Positions 62,203 through 64,000 of a stretch of DNA of 64,000 nucleotides are shown here, piece after piece. The notes beneath the pieces are model-generated. The model worked only from the letters and a program-made list of their open reading frames with translations, did no database searches and had not been told where the DNA came from. The first letter of the stretch is position 1; every line of letters starts with the position of its first letter. The position numbers and the translations under genes were made by a program. This DNA comes from Candidatus Gygaella obscura (GTDB lineage Bacteria; Omnitrophota; Gorgyraeia; Gygaellales; Gygaellaceae), in NCBI GenBank assembly GCA_030765485.1, contig JAVCCR010000002.1, forward strand, positions 12,288 to 76,287, written 5' to 3'.

Positions 62203-63251
62203 ACGCCTGTATTATGTTTTCTTTGTTTTACAGCTGCTTTTGATGCAGCTAGTTTACAAATCGGGTCACAAGAAGTAAAACTTTTGTCGTAAAGCCATGA
62301 TCTTGCTGGACACCATTTGCAATAATCCCTCAGATTACATATATCACAATCAAAGGAACCGTTAACTTTCTTGCTTCTTAATAACTTAACAAGCCTATTC
62401 CAACCCTGCTGCAAACTGATTTTTCTAAGATTAAAATTAGGATAATCAATCATTAAACAAAGCTTCAACCTCCCTGAAGGAGAAATAGCCGCCTGGTTAA
62501 TTCCTGACCCGCAATAAAATAAATCTGATACACTCAACCGTTTATTGTTCCTCTTTAACTGAGTGTTATCTTCTTTGATATTGCCAATATCATTTCTACT
62601 ATGCATCCAACTACTATATTCATACGGCTGAAAAGAACCATCAAGTCTCGGAGACAACACCGTATCAAGACGGAATAAAACCTTTAATGATTGTGCAAAT
62701 TTCCTTATTGCAGCCACCTCATGTCTATTGTCTTTTAAAAGACAGGTCTTGAGTCCAAAATTTATATTTTTTTTCTTAAGCATATCTATCGCCTTAAAAA
62801 CTTTCTTTCTTGAACCCTTGCTTGCAGTTACTGCATTAAATACCTTATCACTCATTCCTGGAATAGTAATATCAAGCTTATTAGGAGAAAGCTCCGCCAG
62901 CTCATCCACAATAGCACGATTTAATAAAGAACCGTTTGTATATACTATTACCTGAAACCCCTTTTTCTTAGCAAACCAAAGAATCTTCATTATATCATCT
63001 CGCAAAAAAGGTTCTCCTCCAGTAAAACCAAGATAAAAACAACCTAAATCTTTTAACTGGTCAATTAAGGAAAATATCTTTCTTGTCGATAAATCTTTTT
63101 CTTTTCTTTTGTAATCATCCGGGATATAACAATGTTTACACCTAAAATTACATTTATAGGTCAATTCAAACATCACCCTCAACAATAGATGTTTTTCTTT
63201 AGCTAAATGATGCAGGGCGGATCTAAATTCTGAATAATCCTGATGTTTCAC
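62196..63251 (-). CDS. Radical SAM protein with SPASM domain
   Basis: CNFRCKHC, TGGEP, YTNG; SPASM C..G...ISPSG...C...CDICNLRDYCKWCPARS...C. Confidence 0.93.
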   Translation of the reverse strand: MKHQDYSEFRSALHHLAKEKHLLLRVMFELTYKCNFRCKHCYIPDDYKRKEKDLSTRKIFSLIDQLKDLGCFYLGFTGGEPFLRDDIMKILWFAKKKGFQVIVYTNGSLLNRAIVDELAELSPNKLDITIPGMSDKVFNAVTASKGSRKKVFKAIDMLKKKNINFGLKTCLLKDNRHEVAAIRKFAQSLKVLFRLDTVLSPRLDGSFQPYEYSSWMHSRNDIGNIKEDNTQLKRNNKRLSVSDLFYCGSGINQAAISPSGRLKLCLMIDYPNFNLRKISLQQGWNRLVKLLRSKKVNGSFDCDICNLRDYCKWCPARSWLYDKSFTSCDPICKLAASKAAVKQRKHNTGVC

Positions 63252-64000
63252 TTAATTGTCTTTCGTGATTTTAATCTTTTTCTAAGCTTGAGAAAATAAT
63301 CATGTAGTTTTCTAGCAAAATCGCAATAATAAGGAACGCTCGCTTCTTCATTACCAACCTCAAGAAAAGCCCTTGCAGGACAATAATGACAAATTTGTCT
63401 TAAAGAACAATCTCTACATTTTGAATTAGTCTTAAAAACCTGCTTATCTAATTTAACAAACAAGTCTTTTAATGATAACTGAAAATTATGCTCTCTTAAA
63501 TCAACGCTAAATTTATCACTAAACATACAGAACTTAATCTTTCCATACGGATTAAAAAAATAATGCTGCTTCCACAAATTACACTGATAGAGATATTTTC
63601 TTGATTTTGGCAAATCAACAAAACCCTGCAATGCTTTATTTTTAAATTCATTCCGGATATCCGGGTCTGAACGTAATACATCTATGTACTCATTAAAATC
63701 AAGCCTATATTTTGTCGGCGTTAAATCACCATTCAATCTAGGAAGCACTAACGGATCGTATTTAAACCTAAAACCTTTTGAGTGATCCTTCGGCCCAGAT
63801 ATTAACTTATCGCTTAAACGCTTGATCAAATATATCTCATCTTTATTTTGTTTTAGAAGATTAGATTTTAAAACAACAGGCAGGTTCTTCTGGGTAAGCT
63901 TTTTTATTGTTTCTTTTAGTTTTCTAAATGAGTCCTTTACTCCACAAATGCTTTCATATGTATCTGCAGTCGCACCGTTTACAGTAATTTCTATTACCTG
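63248..64000 (-). CDS. Second radical SAM/SPASM protein (3' part; starts beyond window end)
   Basis: Frame is open from 64000 (QVIEITVNGATADTYESICGVKDSF...); SPASM CRDCSLRQICHYCPARA...YYC, paralogous to the neighbour. Confidence 0.85.
   Translation of the reverse strand, partial: QVIEITVNGATADTYESICGVKDSFRKLKETIKKLTQKNLPVVLKSNLLKQNKDEIYLIKRLSDKLISGPKDHSKGFRFKYDPLVLPRLNGDLTPTKYRLDFNEYIDVLRSDPDIRNEFKNKALQGFVDLPKSRKYLYQCNLWKQHYFFNPYGKIKFCMFSDKFSVDLREHNFQLSLKDLFVKLDKQVFKTNSKCRDCSLRQICHYCPARAFLEVGNEEASVPYYCDFARKLHDYFLKLRKRLKSRKTIK

Noticed and set aside
63248-63829. ORF-track 193-aa protein as a stand-alone SPASM-only protein
   Set aside because: The frame stays open to 64000 with radical SAM core-like sequence; it is the truncated end of a longer gene

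Overview
AT-rich bacterial chromosomal window from a diderm anaerobe. Gene content and order suggest PVC superphylum, possibly Ca. Omnitrophota; this is inference, not a database result. Positions 1-41.6 kb are almost all minus-strand housekeeping genes: metG-ricT-holB-tmk-cysS-cysE-ispF-ispD-yacL-radA-mlaDFE-clpC-mcsB-mcsA-ilvE-lolD-lolC/E-lysS, a membrane pyrophosphatase, purA, a CcdA-like thiol-redox pair, serA, clpP-tig, lptB/lptC-A, Kdo/heptose LPS genes, an HD-GYP regulator, trxAB, def and lgt. Positions 41.6-55 kb are a mixed accessory region: a CDF transporter, nadE, a prenyl synthase, ispH, a glutamine synthetase with an N-terminal HTH domain, ldh, and an Rrf2-led Fe-S/oxidative-stress operon. 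From 55 kb to the end lies the 3' part of an apparent biosynthetic cluster: two paralogous radical SAM/SPASM enzymes, an ABC exporter, a UbiU/UbiV-like U32 pair, a GT4 and a MraY/WecA-like transferase. Best leads are (1) the HTH-GlnA fusion with repeats over its own promoter and (2) the rSAM/SPASM + U32-pair cluster. Also of note are a candidate sRNA with three CAAGGA motifs, a Cys/Trp uORF before the Fe-S operon, and an FKBP-less trigger factor. No rRNA, tRNA, CRISPR array or transposase was recognised.
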